From Macrostomum lignano (taxonomy: Eukaryota): a DNA stretch of 64,000 bases. The stretch is from NCBI GenBank assembly GCA_002269645.1, contig NIVC01001853.1, positions 1 to 64,000 on the forward strand, written 5' to 3'. Positions 11,830-23,325 of the stretch are shown here, one piece after another. The first letter of the stretch is position 1. Each line of letters begins with the position of its first letter. Under the pieces are notes generated by a model. That model searched no databases. It had not been told where the DNA came from and saw only the letters and a program-made list of their open reading frames with translations. Made by a program: the position numbers and the translations under genes.

Positions 11830-13317
11830 TGTTATGGTTTAGGATCTCCGGGGGTCCAGTCAGTTTAGGGTGTCCGGGGCGGAGACCCTAAACGGTTTAG
11901 GATCTCCGCCCGGAGACCCTAAACCGTTTAGGATCTCCCCTGGAGACTTCTAACGGTTATGGGTCTCCGGGGTAGGAGATCTGAAACCGTTTAAGGGTCT
12001 CCGGGGCATTTTCAGGTCTCCGCACCCGGAGATCTTAAACCAGTTTCTGATCTCCCCCCAGGAGACTCTAAACCAGTTTCAGCTCTCCGTCAGGGCCGCA
12101 AAAACAAAGTCCTGGTTTAGGATCTCCGGTTTCCGATCTCCCCCCCCATTTGTGTAAAACCAATGGTCATGGTATTGAACGCGTACATGTATAAGAAGTG
12201 GAAAGGCATTTTTATCATCAACGTAGCATTAGTTTTATACGTATATGCTCGCACAACTGTGTATTTAAATGGAAAACTGTTTACTGTTAAAGTAATGAAG
12301 TAAATGTCCGCTTAGTGAAAAACCGGTGATGCACTTTCAGCCGGTGCTTGGAGGAAGCATCTCTTGAGGTGTTTCCCATTGACACACCTGGTTAGTCCTC
12401 CTAGCCTGTACACGTTTTGACCAAGACACCTGGTCACGATGTAGACTTGCTGACTCCAAGTGTATCGCATCTTACCACCCTTCCGATCGTCCCTGCGAAG
12501 ATTGCGAAGCCTAACTCTGTCCCCTCGCTTCAGATCCTGAACCCCAGCTACTCCCACGGTGTGACCATCTCGCACCTGTCACAAGACTCGACCACTGCCT
12601 TGGCAATCGGTGTGACGGGGATGTCAGCATAGTATCGTGCAGTAAAAAGGCTCACTGTGCTGTTGACACCCACGTGACTTCCTTGCGAGTGAAGGCTGCG
12701 GATCTTATCCCGTACCTCTTCCTCTGTGAAAAGTACTCTGCGATGGTCTTCAGGCCGCATTCGCTGACTGTCGTCCTTATTAGTCACCCTGTAGTAAAGC
12801 GCTCCGTCATGGATGGAGAAACGCTTGCTCTTTTCTCTAATACGTCTTTTTAAGTTGGCCTTATCTTTGGCGTCCAATCTGGCTGGTACCTGCGTATATT
12901 CATTGTTTAGGACGTAGAAAAATATTTGATTGAGCGAAGCCATCAAGCTTTGAAATGCAGAAATCGACGAAAATCACACAGCAAAAACCTTTCTTATCAT
13001 CTGCCCAATATAAATGTTTACAGCGCTTCCCGCCACCCATAAAATATGAGTACAAAGCTGATCTCCAAAATGTGCAAAGCCTATTGAAAGTTACGCAAGA
13101 CTGCTCACACTTTGGGGTGCCAATCTCGATGTACATAGAAGTAGCTATAATTTTCATATAGAAAAGAACCGCGGAGATCCTAACACGGCGGAGACCTGTA
13201 ACTCTATCTTATGTTATGGTTTCCGATCTCCGTGTGGGTGATCTTAAAATGACACAATTTTCAGTTTGTGATCTCCGGGCCGGAGACCCTAAAACGCGGA
13301 GATCCTAAACTCTAACA
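11830..13317 (-). mobile_element. Ginger1-type DNA transposon (Gypsy-integrase related), non-autonomous with the catalytic core deleted
   Basis: Termini TGTTATGGTTTAGGATCTCC / GGAGATCCTAAACTCTAACA; 4-bp flanks CTGG (11826-11829) and CCGG (13318-13321); GGAGA(T/C)C subterminal repeats at both ends. ORF 12946-12548 resembles the GIN1 N-terminus with HHCC (LHSQGSHVG..CDRC); 12575-12312 encodes a C-terminal GDRVRLRN..RKGGK..W..VNGKHLK domain. Confidence 0.8.
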
Positions 13318-13707
13318 CCGGATCGCATGGCACGTGTCCTGTGCAGGCCGCACACCGCACGCAGTGGCTGTCACTGCAGGTTGGCTGCCTGCAGAGCGCA
13401 GTGAGCGGAGAGTCGCTTTAATTTCTGGCAATTAAATCATGGGTTGTTTTGAAACATCTTAAATGGGTTAAACACATTTTTTATCTTTTTATCTTATTCT
13501 TTTTTTATTAAACGCTATCAGTCATGTGGGCGGGACAGTCTGGTGCTGGAGGTCCGTCAGGTCATTGCCGGGTCATAGGCAGCCTACGGTCATTGCCCCA
13601 TATGATCAGTCGCTCTCCTCCCCGTTGAGCAGACGGTCATCAAGGGCGGTTACATCAAACACTATTACCATAGAGTGCTGAAAATATTCGCAAAACTCTC
13701 GCCTCAC

Positions 13708-14560
13708 TCACCCCGCTCCACTGAGATCCAGCAGCCGCAGCGACTGCCGCTGCTCAAACCGCTGTGCCACCTGCGCACACGTCAGACCCCGACCGTCTCG
13801 ATGACTCGCATCCGCTCCTCTGTCCATCAGAGCCTTGGCTGCTCGCACGTGACCGGCTTCGCACGCTCGTGACAGAGCAGTCCGACCCTGACTGTCTTCA
13901 GCACGCACTGACGCACCGAGATCGATGAGTTTCTCAATGAGCTCGTGATGACCTGCATCAGCTGCCAGCATGAGAGCAGTGGCTCCAGTGCTGTCTGGCA
14001 GATCGACATGCTGTGTGGTGACTCGCTCATCATTGATCAGTGTGACAGCAAGAGCGACGTGTCTTTGAGAGATGGAGAGACGGAGCAGCTGTGTGATGTG
14101 AGCTGGCTGCATTCGTGAGAGGGTGTCGGTGAGAACAGAGTTCCTGCCTTCGATGGCCTTTGCTGCAGTGAAGCTGAGGATGGAGCTGGATTGGAAGAGC
14201 CAGTCGGGCTCGAGGCCGAGGTAGGCAACGACATATTCGTGAAGACGAGACTGCGCACTGGAGATTTGCTTTGTGATCCGGACTTGAGAGACACGAAATG
14301 ATGAATTCGACCACTTCTCTCTCATTTCTCTCTGTTGCAGATTTAGCAGCCTCGATGCAGCACTGATCTCTTTTTGTTTGGTCAGCGACTGTCTGCACCA
14401 GAAACTTCACCACCTCTAACTGACACTCCTTGACGGCAATTTCTAAACATGTTTTGCAAAAGTGTGTTCTGTCTTTATCGCTTTGCTGCAGCTGCAGATG
14501 ATATTGCAGCTCTTGGATGTCTCCTGTCTTCACGGCTTCGTAAGCGTTTTGTTTGATCAT
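13708..14560 (-). CDS. Ankyrin-repeat protein exon, short paralog of 61352-62990 with about 2 Cys-Cys-type repeats plus the canonical C-terminal ankyrins; one frameshift near 14240-14280
   Basis: MIKQNAYEAVK..IAVKECQLEVVKFLVQTVADQTKRDQCCIEAAKSA, then (shifted) GLEPDWLFQSS..DSTGATALMLAADAGHHELIEKLIDLGASVRAEDSQGRTALSRACEAGHVRAAKALMDRGAD. The end overlaps a GTGAGT donor, so the gene may continue. Confidence 0.8.
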
Positions 14561-14804
14561 CTGTTTTTTAAGCCTTTTATTTTTTTAATTCGTCTTTGCA
14601 CCTTTTTTTTCAAATTTTCCCGTTTCTTTGAGCTGTTTTACTCGTAAACGCTAGATCTGTCTCCTTGTTTGACCAATCCTTTTGGTAAGTTTGAGAAATT
14701 GAAAATAGGGTGAAAACTGATGTCATACTAAGGCGCAATGGCTTCATTTTTACTTTTTTGTGACCGTTTGCAGCGTTCTTCCAGCGTTTCTTACGTATGT
14801 TAAG

Positions 14805-16180
14805 AGAACAGAGAATAGAGTGGGAGAAAAGGGAGAGAACACAGAAGAGAGTGGGAGAAAAGGGAGAGAACAGAGAAGAGTGAAGGAGAAAAGGGAGAGA
14901 ACACAGAAGAGTGAAGGAGAAAAGGGAGAGAACACAGAAGAGTGAAGGAGAAAAGGGAGAGAACACAGAAGAGAGTGGGAGAAAAGGGAGAGAACACAGA
15001 AGAGAGTGGGAGAAAAGGGAGAGAACAGAGAAGAGTGAAGGAGAAAAGGGAGAGAACAGAGAAGAGTGAAGGAGAAAAGGGAGAGAACAGAGAAGAGTGA
15101 AGGAGAAAAGGGAGAGAACAGAGAAGAGTGAAGGAGAAAAGGGAGAGAACAGAGAAGAGTGAAGGAGAAAAGGGAGAGAACAGAGAAGAGTGAAGGAGAA
15201 AAGGGAGAGAACAGAGAAGAGTGAAGGAGAAAAGGGAGAGAACAGAGAAGAGTGAAGGAGAAAAGGGAGAGAACAGAGAAGAGTGAAGGAGAAAAGGGAG
15301 AGAACACAGAAGAGAGTGGGAGAAAAGGGAGAGAACACAGAAGAGAGTGGGAGAAAAGGGAGAGAACAGAGAAGAGTGAAGGAGAAAAGGGAGAGAACAG
15401 AGAAGAGTGAAGGAGAAAAGGGAGAGAACAGAGAAGAGTGAAGGAGAAAAGGGAGAGAACAGAGAAGAGTGAAGGAGAAAAGGGAGAGAACAGAGAAGAG
15501 TGAAGGAGAAAAGGGAGAGAACACAGAAGAGAGTGGGAGAAAAGGGAGAGAACACAGAAGAGTGAAGGAGAAAAGGGAGAGAACAGAGAAGAGTGAAGGA
15601 GAAAAGGGAGAGAACAGAGAAGAGTGAAGGAGAAAAGGGAGAGAACACAGAAGAGAGTGGGAGAAAAGGGAGAGAACAGAGAAGAGTGAAGGAGAAAAGG
15701 GAGAGAACACAGAATAGAGTGGGAGAAAAGGGAGAGAACAGAGAAGAGTGAAGGAGAAAAGGGAGAGAACACAGAAGAGAGTGGGAGAAAAGGGAGAGAA
15801 CAGAGAAGAGAGTGGGAGAAAAGGGAGAGAACATGAGAGAATAGAGTGGGAGAAAAGGGAGAGAACATGAGAGAATAGAGTGGGAGAAAAGGGAGAGAAC
15901 AGAGAAGAGAGTGGGAGAAAAGGGAGAGAACAGAGAAGAGAGTGGGAGAAAAGGGAGAGAATAGAGAAGAGAGTGGGAGAAAAGGGAGAGAACAGAGAAG
16001 AGAGTGGGAGAAAAGGGAGAGAACAGAGAAGAGAGTGGGATAAAAGGGAGAGAATAGAGAAGAGAGTGGGATAAAAGGGAGAGAACAGAGAAGAGAGTGG
16101 GAGAAAAGGGAGAGAACATGAGAGAATAGAGTGGGAGAAAAGGGAGAGAACAGAGAAGAGAGTGGGAGAAAAGGGAGAGA
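14805..16180. repeat. GA-rich minisatellite, about 30-bp unit GAGAACAGAGAAGAGTGAAGGAGAAAAGGG
   Basis: About 45 near-identical tandem units. Confidence 0.95.
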
Positions 16181-16899
16181 AACGATTAATTACGAGTAAT
16201 TGTGTCTCAAACAATTTTTTTCAAGTGAATAAATAAACTGTATCGAATTAATTGTGTTGAAAAATAATAGTCTCAAATAGATTTTTTCTCAGATGACTTG
16301 TGTCCTAAATAAACTGAAGATCATACTATGAGTCATAAACAGCGAATCATTAGTACGAGTATTGTATCGCATTTTCAGATCTCACGTACTTGTCGTAAAA
16401 TTGTCCAAGAAGTCAAGTCGATTCTCTCAACAGGACGAATTCTCCAGGTCAAACAGATTGAGTCCGTGGGTCCCTGTACTTATTTTTGAAAGCTTTCGAA
16501 TGATAAACCAATTAAAAGCAAAACAACGGTGCTGCGAGAGGCAGAGCAGGCGGTTAAATCGGGAGCTGCCAACTGATAAAAGAAATCCGCTCACAAAAAT
16601 AAGATAAGAAACTTCTTCTCAAATCGCCCCGTTGTTGCAGTTGCAAGCAATTTTTTATCAATTCAATTCAAAGACTTTCTAATCTTAATAATCCAAAGCA
16701 AAGCATAAAGTTGATTTTGAAAAGTAAACAAAGGTTTCCAATGGTAACACAGATAATCAACAGAGTCAGGCAGAAACTTAGCTTCAACTGCAGCCTGGAA
16801 ATCTGCACGTGTTGCTTCTATTTCAAGTTTGTAGGAATTTGTCACCGATTAGAATAGAAATTTTTTTTGTCTAGTTTTAGTGTCCAATAATGACCAATA

Positions 16900-17450
16900 A
16901 TGAGTGTCCAGGGGCGCCAAAATGAGTGTCCAGGGGCGCCAACAGGAGTGTCAAAAGGCGTCAAAATGAGTGTCAAGAGGCATCAAACTGAGTGTCAAGA
17001 GGCGCCAAACTGAGTGTCAAGAGGCGCCAAAATGAGTGTCAAGAGGCGCCAAAATGAGTGTCAAGAGGCGCCAAGATGAGTGTCCAGGGCGCCAAAATGA
17101 GTGTCCAGGGGCGCCAAAATGAGTGTCCAGGGGCGCCAATAATGAGTGTCAAGAGGCGCCAAAATGAGTGTCAAGAGGCGCCAAACTGAGTGTCAAGAGG
17201 CGCCAAAATGAGTTTCCAGGGGCGCCAATAATGAGTGTCAAGAGGCGCCAAAATGAGTGTCCAGGGGCGCCAATAATGAGTGTCAAGAGGCGCCAAAATG
17301 AGTGTCTGAAGGCGTCTTAATTAGTGTCCGAAGGCGCCAAAATTAACTGTGTGCAAAAATGTATTTCAGGAGGCGCCACAATAAACTGAGTATGCGGGGG
17401 TGTCCAAAACGGGAGTGTCCATGCGCCAAAATGAGTGCCAAAGAGCGCTC
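16900..17450. repeat. Minisatellite, about 22-bp unit AAAATGAGTGTCAAGAGGCGCC
   Basis: About 20 tandem units, degenerating after 17310. Confidence 0.92.
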
Positions 17451-17584
17451 AGCTAGGTCAGTTTGAGATCAAAAGCGTGCCCACAAAAATAACTGTACAC
17501 AAGCTTGGCTTTGTACAAGTTTGTACACCCAAGTTTTTAAAATAAGCACAGAAAAATGTTTGCTTTCTATTTGATAAACTTCAT

Positions 17585-18110
17585 TCAGTCAGACTTTACT
17601 TTCATAATTTTAATCGAAATTTCTTGCTCAACAGTAGAAATACCATGGGGGTGTATTTCAAATACACACATTTTTCTTTTGTCTGGATCTCCAAGAATAT
17701 TCAACCAATTGCCATGAAAATCCAGAACACGGGCTAAAATTTTCCGCTCTTTTCGATGAAGCAACTTTGAAAATCCCGAAAAATTGTCATCGTCGAGATA
17801 TTCAACGATTCTCCTCGGTGTGTCTGGTGGCAAAAACCACCAACATTGGCAAATTTTTCCGCTCACAAAATCTCATCATGAAACCACGTTGGCTCAACAA
17901 ACTATGCAAATCAGTCGTAGAGGCCTTTTTTCTCAGCATCCCAGGCACCAGGGTCCCCTTCATCACTGTCTGGAGCATCGGCAGCAACCGTCGGGACCTT
18001 CAACAAAAGCACCCGATCGGCAGCTCACAGACGGCTACGTTCCCAAAACTGAAATGGAAGAATCCTCTTCTGCATGCAGCATTCAGTCAGTAGACACAAT
18101 CGGTGAATGA
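17585..18110 (-). pseudogene. Frameshifted coding-like remnant of unknown family (possibly TE-derived)
   Basis: Overlapping minus-strand frames read like protein (DAPDSDEGDPGAWDAEKKASTTDLHSLLSQRGF.. / PPDTPRRIVEYLDDDNFSGFSKLLHRKERKILARVLDFHGNWLNILGDPDKRKMCVFEIHP); possible TATAAATA upstream on the minus strand near 18262-18269. No family recognised. Confidence 0.25.
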
Positions 18111-18744
18111 AATGGACGATGGCGACCCTCTAGGCTGACTTGTAGACATACAAGCGACCTTCGGGACCTTCAACGGAGTGCCACCACGCGGCTCTGACGA
18201 GCTGGCACCTCCAACATCTTTTTGTGGGACCGAGAGACCGCTAGGGGCCCGAGGTCGGGTCTATTTATAGATCTAACTGAGATCCCTGCGGCTGGGGGGA
18301 TTTCCACTTAATTAGCAACGTCAGGGGTCCAAATAATGTGTGCATTAAACTGGCGAGTGGCTACGGGGAGAGATAAATTATTTGATACCGCGGCTGTTTA
18401 TTGTCAAGCTTGGGTTGGTGTCTGTAATGGAGGGTGGCTGTTAGACTCTTATCTTATCACCTCTTATAATTATCCGTTATCGACTCTTAGACTGTTTTTA
18501 TCTCTGCTGCTGTCCTTAATTGTCCCCATTAGGCGTCTTGTCTGACTTAACTTCACCTGAGGTTTAATATTATTTCGCCTTGACCTTTTTATGCAGCTTT
18601 TTTGCTCTAATTTCTAATCCCTTGTACTCCTTCTCTCTGCTCTTCTTCTCTATCTCTCCTATCTAACTCTCTTCCTCTCCCTTTCTCTTCCTCCCTCTCC
18701 CTCTCTTCCTCTCCCTTTCTCGCTAGCACCAGGGGCGCAGCCAC

Positions 18745-19220
18745 CCCACTCCACGAGACAGGGACGCCTCACTCCAAGAGACAGGGACACCCACTCCGAG
18801 AGACAGGGACACCTCACTCCAAGAGACAGGGACACCCCACTCCAAGAGACAGGGACACCCCACTCCCAAAGACAGGGACACCCACTCCCAAAGACAGGGA
18901 CACCCACTCCCAAAGACAGGGACACCCCACTCCAAGAGACAGGGACACCCCACTCCAAGAGACAGGGACACCCCATTACAAGAGACAGGGACACCCCACT
19001 CCAAGAGACAGGGACACCCCACTCCAAGAGACAGGGATACCCACTCCAAGAGACAGGGATACCCACTCCAAAAGACAGGGACACCCCACTCCAAGAGACA
19101 GGGACACCCCACTCCAAGAGACAGGGACACCTACTCCAAGAGACAGGGACACCTACTCCAAGAGACAGGGACACCCACTCCCAAAGACAGGGACACCTTC
19201 AAAAGACAGGGACACCCACA
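18745..19220. repeat. Minisatellite, 22-23-bp unit ACTCCAAGAGACAGGGACACCCC
   Basis: About 20 tandem units. Confidence 0.93.
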
Positions 19221-20264
19221 CAAATACAGATTTCAAAGCTCCATTCTCATAAGACGCTCGGCCAGTCAGCATTGAACGTTCATAAGCCACGGAGATAGTA
19301 GATGAGATTCGCAATAAATGCTCAAGAAATTTAAGCTTTATCATGAAACCGTCAATATTTTTCAAACCAAAAAGGATCTCAATTTTTGGATTAAAAAAGT
19401 TCATCAGATAAAGCTTCATCTTGATGCACTTAAATTGCAGAATAAAATAAACTGGCTTATTTCCATGACTTGAGCGTCCAGTGCAGTGCACCTGGGAAAT
19501 TTCCGGTAAAATTTTTCGAAGATCAACGCATCAAGCTCCGAACTACATTTTCAACACGTCATGAACTTTCTCTAAACAAAAAAATAGAATTGAGCTCAGC
19601 TCAAAACAAAGAAGTACCAGACACATTGAAGACGTAGTTCAGATGCTTTTGTTAATATTGCGATTTTGTTTAACTGCACACAATTGGAACTTACCTGAAA
19701 ACTTGCAGACTCTGTCAAGTCGTGTTAGAATTTTTCTTTGTTGTAAGAAATTATTTGTTTTAATTGAACTCTCCCCCATTTTGTCAACTTGGCCTCTCTA
19801 TTTATATTCTCAAATTTGTGGGAATATTTTTGCTCTCTTTCGCCCGGGGAAAATCTTCCCAGCAAGAATGGGAGAAATGGAGAGAGGCTTGTGTGTGTAA
19901 CAGATTTTGCGCTTGTTAATAACGCTTCAGTGAATACAGGTAGGTTGAAGGCGTTTTACAACTTTAGACTTGCCCTCTTTCCTTCTCGGTTGAAGACTCA
20001 ATCCTGCAATGAGAAGGGGATCCTGACGCCCCCACCCCAATCATCTTGCAGTTTTACAACTCCTTCAATTCCCGTTGCCTTTGTTGACCCTGAATATTGA
20101 AGATTGAAAAATATAGAAATTGATTTTTGCTTTCTGTTATAAGACCGCCGGGCCGCGGGCCATGGCGAACCAAAGTTGCAGAATCTGGAGAGCGGCATGA
20201 TGGATGAAGCAGAGTTGTGGACCATGTTAATAAAACTGCTATAGTTTGCCATATACATTCTCAT

Positions 20265-21060
20265 AGTTGTTCTCATGATTCTCATTATTGTTCTCATGAT
20301 TCTCATTATTGTTCTAATGACTCTCATAGTCCTTCTCAAGACTTTCATAGTTGTTTTCATAATTCTCATAGTTCTTCTCATGAATCTCATAATTGTTCTC
20401 ATGATTCTCGTAGTTGTTATCATGATTCTCATAGTTGTTCTTATGATTCTCTTAGTCGTTCTCATGATTCTCTTAGTCGTTCTCATGATTCTCATAGTTG
20501 TTCTTATGATTCTCATAGTTGTTCTCATAATTCTCATAGTTGTTCTCATGATTCTCTTAGTCGTTCTCATGATTCTCTTAGTCGTTCTCATGATTCTCAT
20601 AGTTGTTCTTATGATTCTCATAGTTGTTCTCATGATTATCATAGTTGTTCTCATGATTATCATATTTGTTCTCATGATTATCATAGTTGTTCTCATAATT
20701 CTCATAGTTGTTCTCATGATTCTCTTAGTCGTTCTCATGATTCTCTTAGTCGTTCTCATGATTCTCATAGTTGTTCTTATGATTCTCATAGTTGTTCTCA
20801 TGATTATCATAGTTGTTCTCATGATTATCATAGTTGTTCTCATAATTCTCATAGTTGTTCTCATGATTCTCTTAGTCGTTCTCATGATTCTCTTAGTCGT
20901 TCTCATGATTCTCATTATTGTTCTCATAATTCTCATAGCTGTTCTCATGATTCTCATAGTTGTTTTAATGATTCTCATAGTTGTGTTCTCATGATTCTCA
21001 TAATTGTTTTCATAATTCTCATAGTTGTTCTCATGATTCTAATACTTTGTAGTTTCGTTG
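20265..21060. repeat. 21-bp minisatellite ATGATTCTCATAGTTGTTCTC, strongly expanded relative to its paralog at about 30470-30600
   Basis: About 35-38 units here versus about 5-6 in copy 2. Confidence 0.92.
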
Positions 21061-21789
21061 TTCTCATCTTTTCTGTCTTCTTATTTTTATGGTCTTTTCT
21101 TGTTCTGATAATCCTGTTCTCATTCAATTCAATAGTAAATAGTTCTAATCCAGAAGTATTTCAATAGAAGTTTCCAATCCAGATGCTAACTATAATTACT
21201 CTAGCAGTCCATGCGCGGCGATGGATTTCTGAGCTTGGATTCCTCCCACGAGTCCAAAAGCACCCCCCGCACAGCCCCACCTCCGCACGCTTGCCTGCGC
21301 TTTATGAGCAGCCGGCGAGGTGCCGAGGCCAGAAGGCAATAAAAACCGATCCCCAGGACTCCCCCAGCGCATGCAGCTGCCATCCCAGCACACAATGCAC
21401 CGCAAATCCAGAAGAATAAAGTGAGAAATTTCAACCCCAATACAGCAAGTGTTGACAGCTGCGCCAAGAATTCGCCTTGACGTTGTAAATCCAATGCTTT
21501 CGGTTTTAAATTGTTTTAGTTTTATTTCTGGTTTTCTTTAAAGAAAAAACATTAAAGTTTGAGTAGGACAGACAAAAGAGAAACACGCTTACTGCATCTT
21601 ACGAGCAAATTGTCTTTTCGAGAAAAGTATAAAAGCTTAAAGTATAAGTATCAGTACAGAACCACGACTTTAATAAGTCAAGTAAAAAGCAGAGAGAGAT
21701 GAACAGGAGGAATTGATGGGAGATGAAAAAAGAAAGTTTGGGATGAAGAAATGAAAATGAAAAATGAAAAATGAAGAATGAAGATGAAG

Positions 21790-21860
21790 AAACGAGAGAG
21801 AGAAAGGGAGAGAAGAGACAGAGAGAGAGAGGGAATGAAGGGACAAAGAGAGGGAATGAA

Positions 21861-21940
<80 letters not shown>

Positions 21941-21966
21941 ATGAAGGGACAAAGAGAGGGAATGAA

Positions 21967-22045
<79 letters not shown>

Positions 22046-22505
22046 GGGACAGTGAGAGAGAGAATGAAGGGACAGAGAAAGAGGGAATGAAGGTATAGAG
22101 AGAGAGAGGGAATAAAGGGAGAGAGAGGGAATGAAGGGAGAGAGAGGGAATTAAGGGACAGAGAGAGAGGGAATGAAGGGGCAGAGAGAGAGGGAATGAA
22201 GGGGCAGAGAGAGGGAATGAAGGGGCAGAGAGAGAGGGAATGAAGTGACAGAGAGAGAGAGAGGGAATGAAGGGACAGAGAGAGAGGGAATGAAGTGACA
22301 GAGGGAGAGGGAATGAAGGAACAGAGAGAGAGAGGGAATGACGGGACAGAGGGAGAGGGAATGAAGGGACAGAGGGAGAGGGAATAAAGGGACAGAGAGA
22401 GAGGGAATGAAGTGACAGAGGGAGAGGGAATGAAGGAACAGAGAGAGAGGGAATGAAGTGACAGAGGGAGAGGGAATGAAGGAACAGAGAGAGAGGGAAT
22501 GACGG
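21790..22505. repeat. (GA)n runs plus GAGGGAATGAAGGGACAGAGAGA minisatellite
   Basis: Direct reading; paralogous array at 31350-32135. Confidence 0.93.
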
Positions 22506-22599
22506 GACGCAGCCGCAGTAATTCCCAAGCAACTGCAAAATCAGTGCAAGCAGTCCAATTCCCAAAAGCCTGTCATTCTTTGATTTCCCTGACAACCGT

Positions 22600-23020
22600 T
22601 CAGACTTGCACCGCAGCCGGTCCATTCGAATCTGCATTCCCAGTAGCAGATATAACTCCAGCCTCCGGGTGATGGAGCTGGCGATTCTGGCACCGTTCAA
22701 TTCTCCATTCGACAATGAGCGAGTGAATCCGGTGCAGGATGAGCACAGTGAGCAGGCTGTTCTTCACCAGAAAGAACACGCTAGTCTCGCTCACAATCGC
22801 GTACTTCACCAGCAGGTAGAATCGGACAGCCAGAAACGGTGCGTCCTGCAGCAGCAGGTTGCAGACAATGGCCCACATGTCCGTGTTGACCAGGAGGCTG
22901 CCGAAGCTGCTGGGATTTCCACCGACAACCCGTCTGGCAGTGAAGACGAAAACGAACTGCAGTATAGCGCTGGTCCACACGGATAGAAGGATGGTGATGA
23001 TGGTCTGGTTGGTCTTCAGC
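22600..23020 (-). CDS. TMEM26: Duplicated terminal exon of the TMEM26-like gene (orphan or alternative last exon)
   Basis: Intact acceptor cattccgcAG|G at 23021/23020, same phase as 32652; open frame LKTNQTITILLSVWTSAILQF..DMWAIVCNLLLQDAPFLAVRFYLL..FFLVKNSLLTVLILHRI to TGA at 22600. Upstream exons are absent because the Gypsy element follows at 23326. Confidence 0.7.
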
Positions 23021-23069
23021 CTGCGGAATGGTGGGTTTACAGGGGTTCGATTCCCTGCTGACCACTAGT

Positions 23070-23325
23070 AGCTTTGATCCACCCTCCTCTGCAGTAGCTT
23101 TGGCGCAACCTCTGCCGTCTGCAGTAGCTTTGGCGCCCCCCTCTGCAGTAGCTTTGGCGCCCCCTCTCTGCAGTAGCTTTGGCGCCCCCTCTGCAGTAGC
23201 TTTGGAGCCCCCCTCTGCAGTAGCTTTGGAGCCCCCCTCTGCAGTAGCTTTGGCGCCCCCCTCTGCAGTAGCTTTTGCGCCCCCTCTCTGCAGTAGCTTT
23301 TGCGCCCCCCCCTCTGCAGTAGCTT
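23070..23325. repeat. Intronic minisatellite CTCTGCAGTAGCTTTGGCGCCCC (about 21-24 bp), cut off by the Gypsy element
   Basis: About 11 units; the paralog at 32700-33355 has about 28. Confidence 0.9.

Larger units (their letters stand above)
19815..23325. repeat. Segmental duplication, copy 1 (direct repeat of about 29895-33000)
   Basis: Near-identical unique blocks, e.g. TTTCGCCCGGGGAAAATCTTCCCAGC at about 19838 and 29916, CCAGATGCTAACTATAATTACTC at about 21179 and 30791, and the TMEM26 last exon in both copies. Confidence 0.93.

Noticed and set aside
14610-16214. ORFs of 372-534 aa
   Set aside because: Translations of the 30-bp GA minisatellite, open in all three minus frames.
18290-18306. 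NF-kB-like site GGGGATTTCC near a minus-strand TATA
   Set aside because: Single short motif expected by chance in 64 kb; the downstream ORF is fragmented.
19998-21167. His/Asp/Ser/Cys-rich (HDSHSCS)n metal-binding-like ORF and (MILIVVL)n / (MRIMRTT)n ORFs
   Set aside because: All derive from one 21-bp array open in three frames; the paralogous copy has few units and does not keep the His-rich frame.
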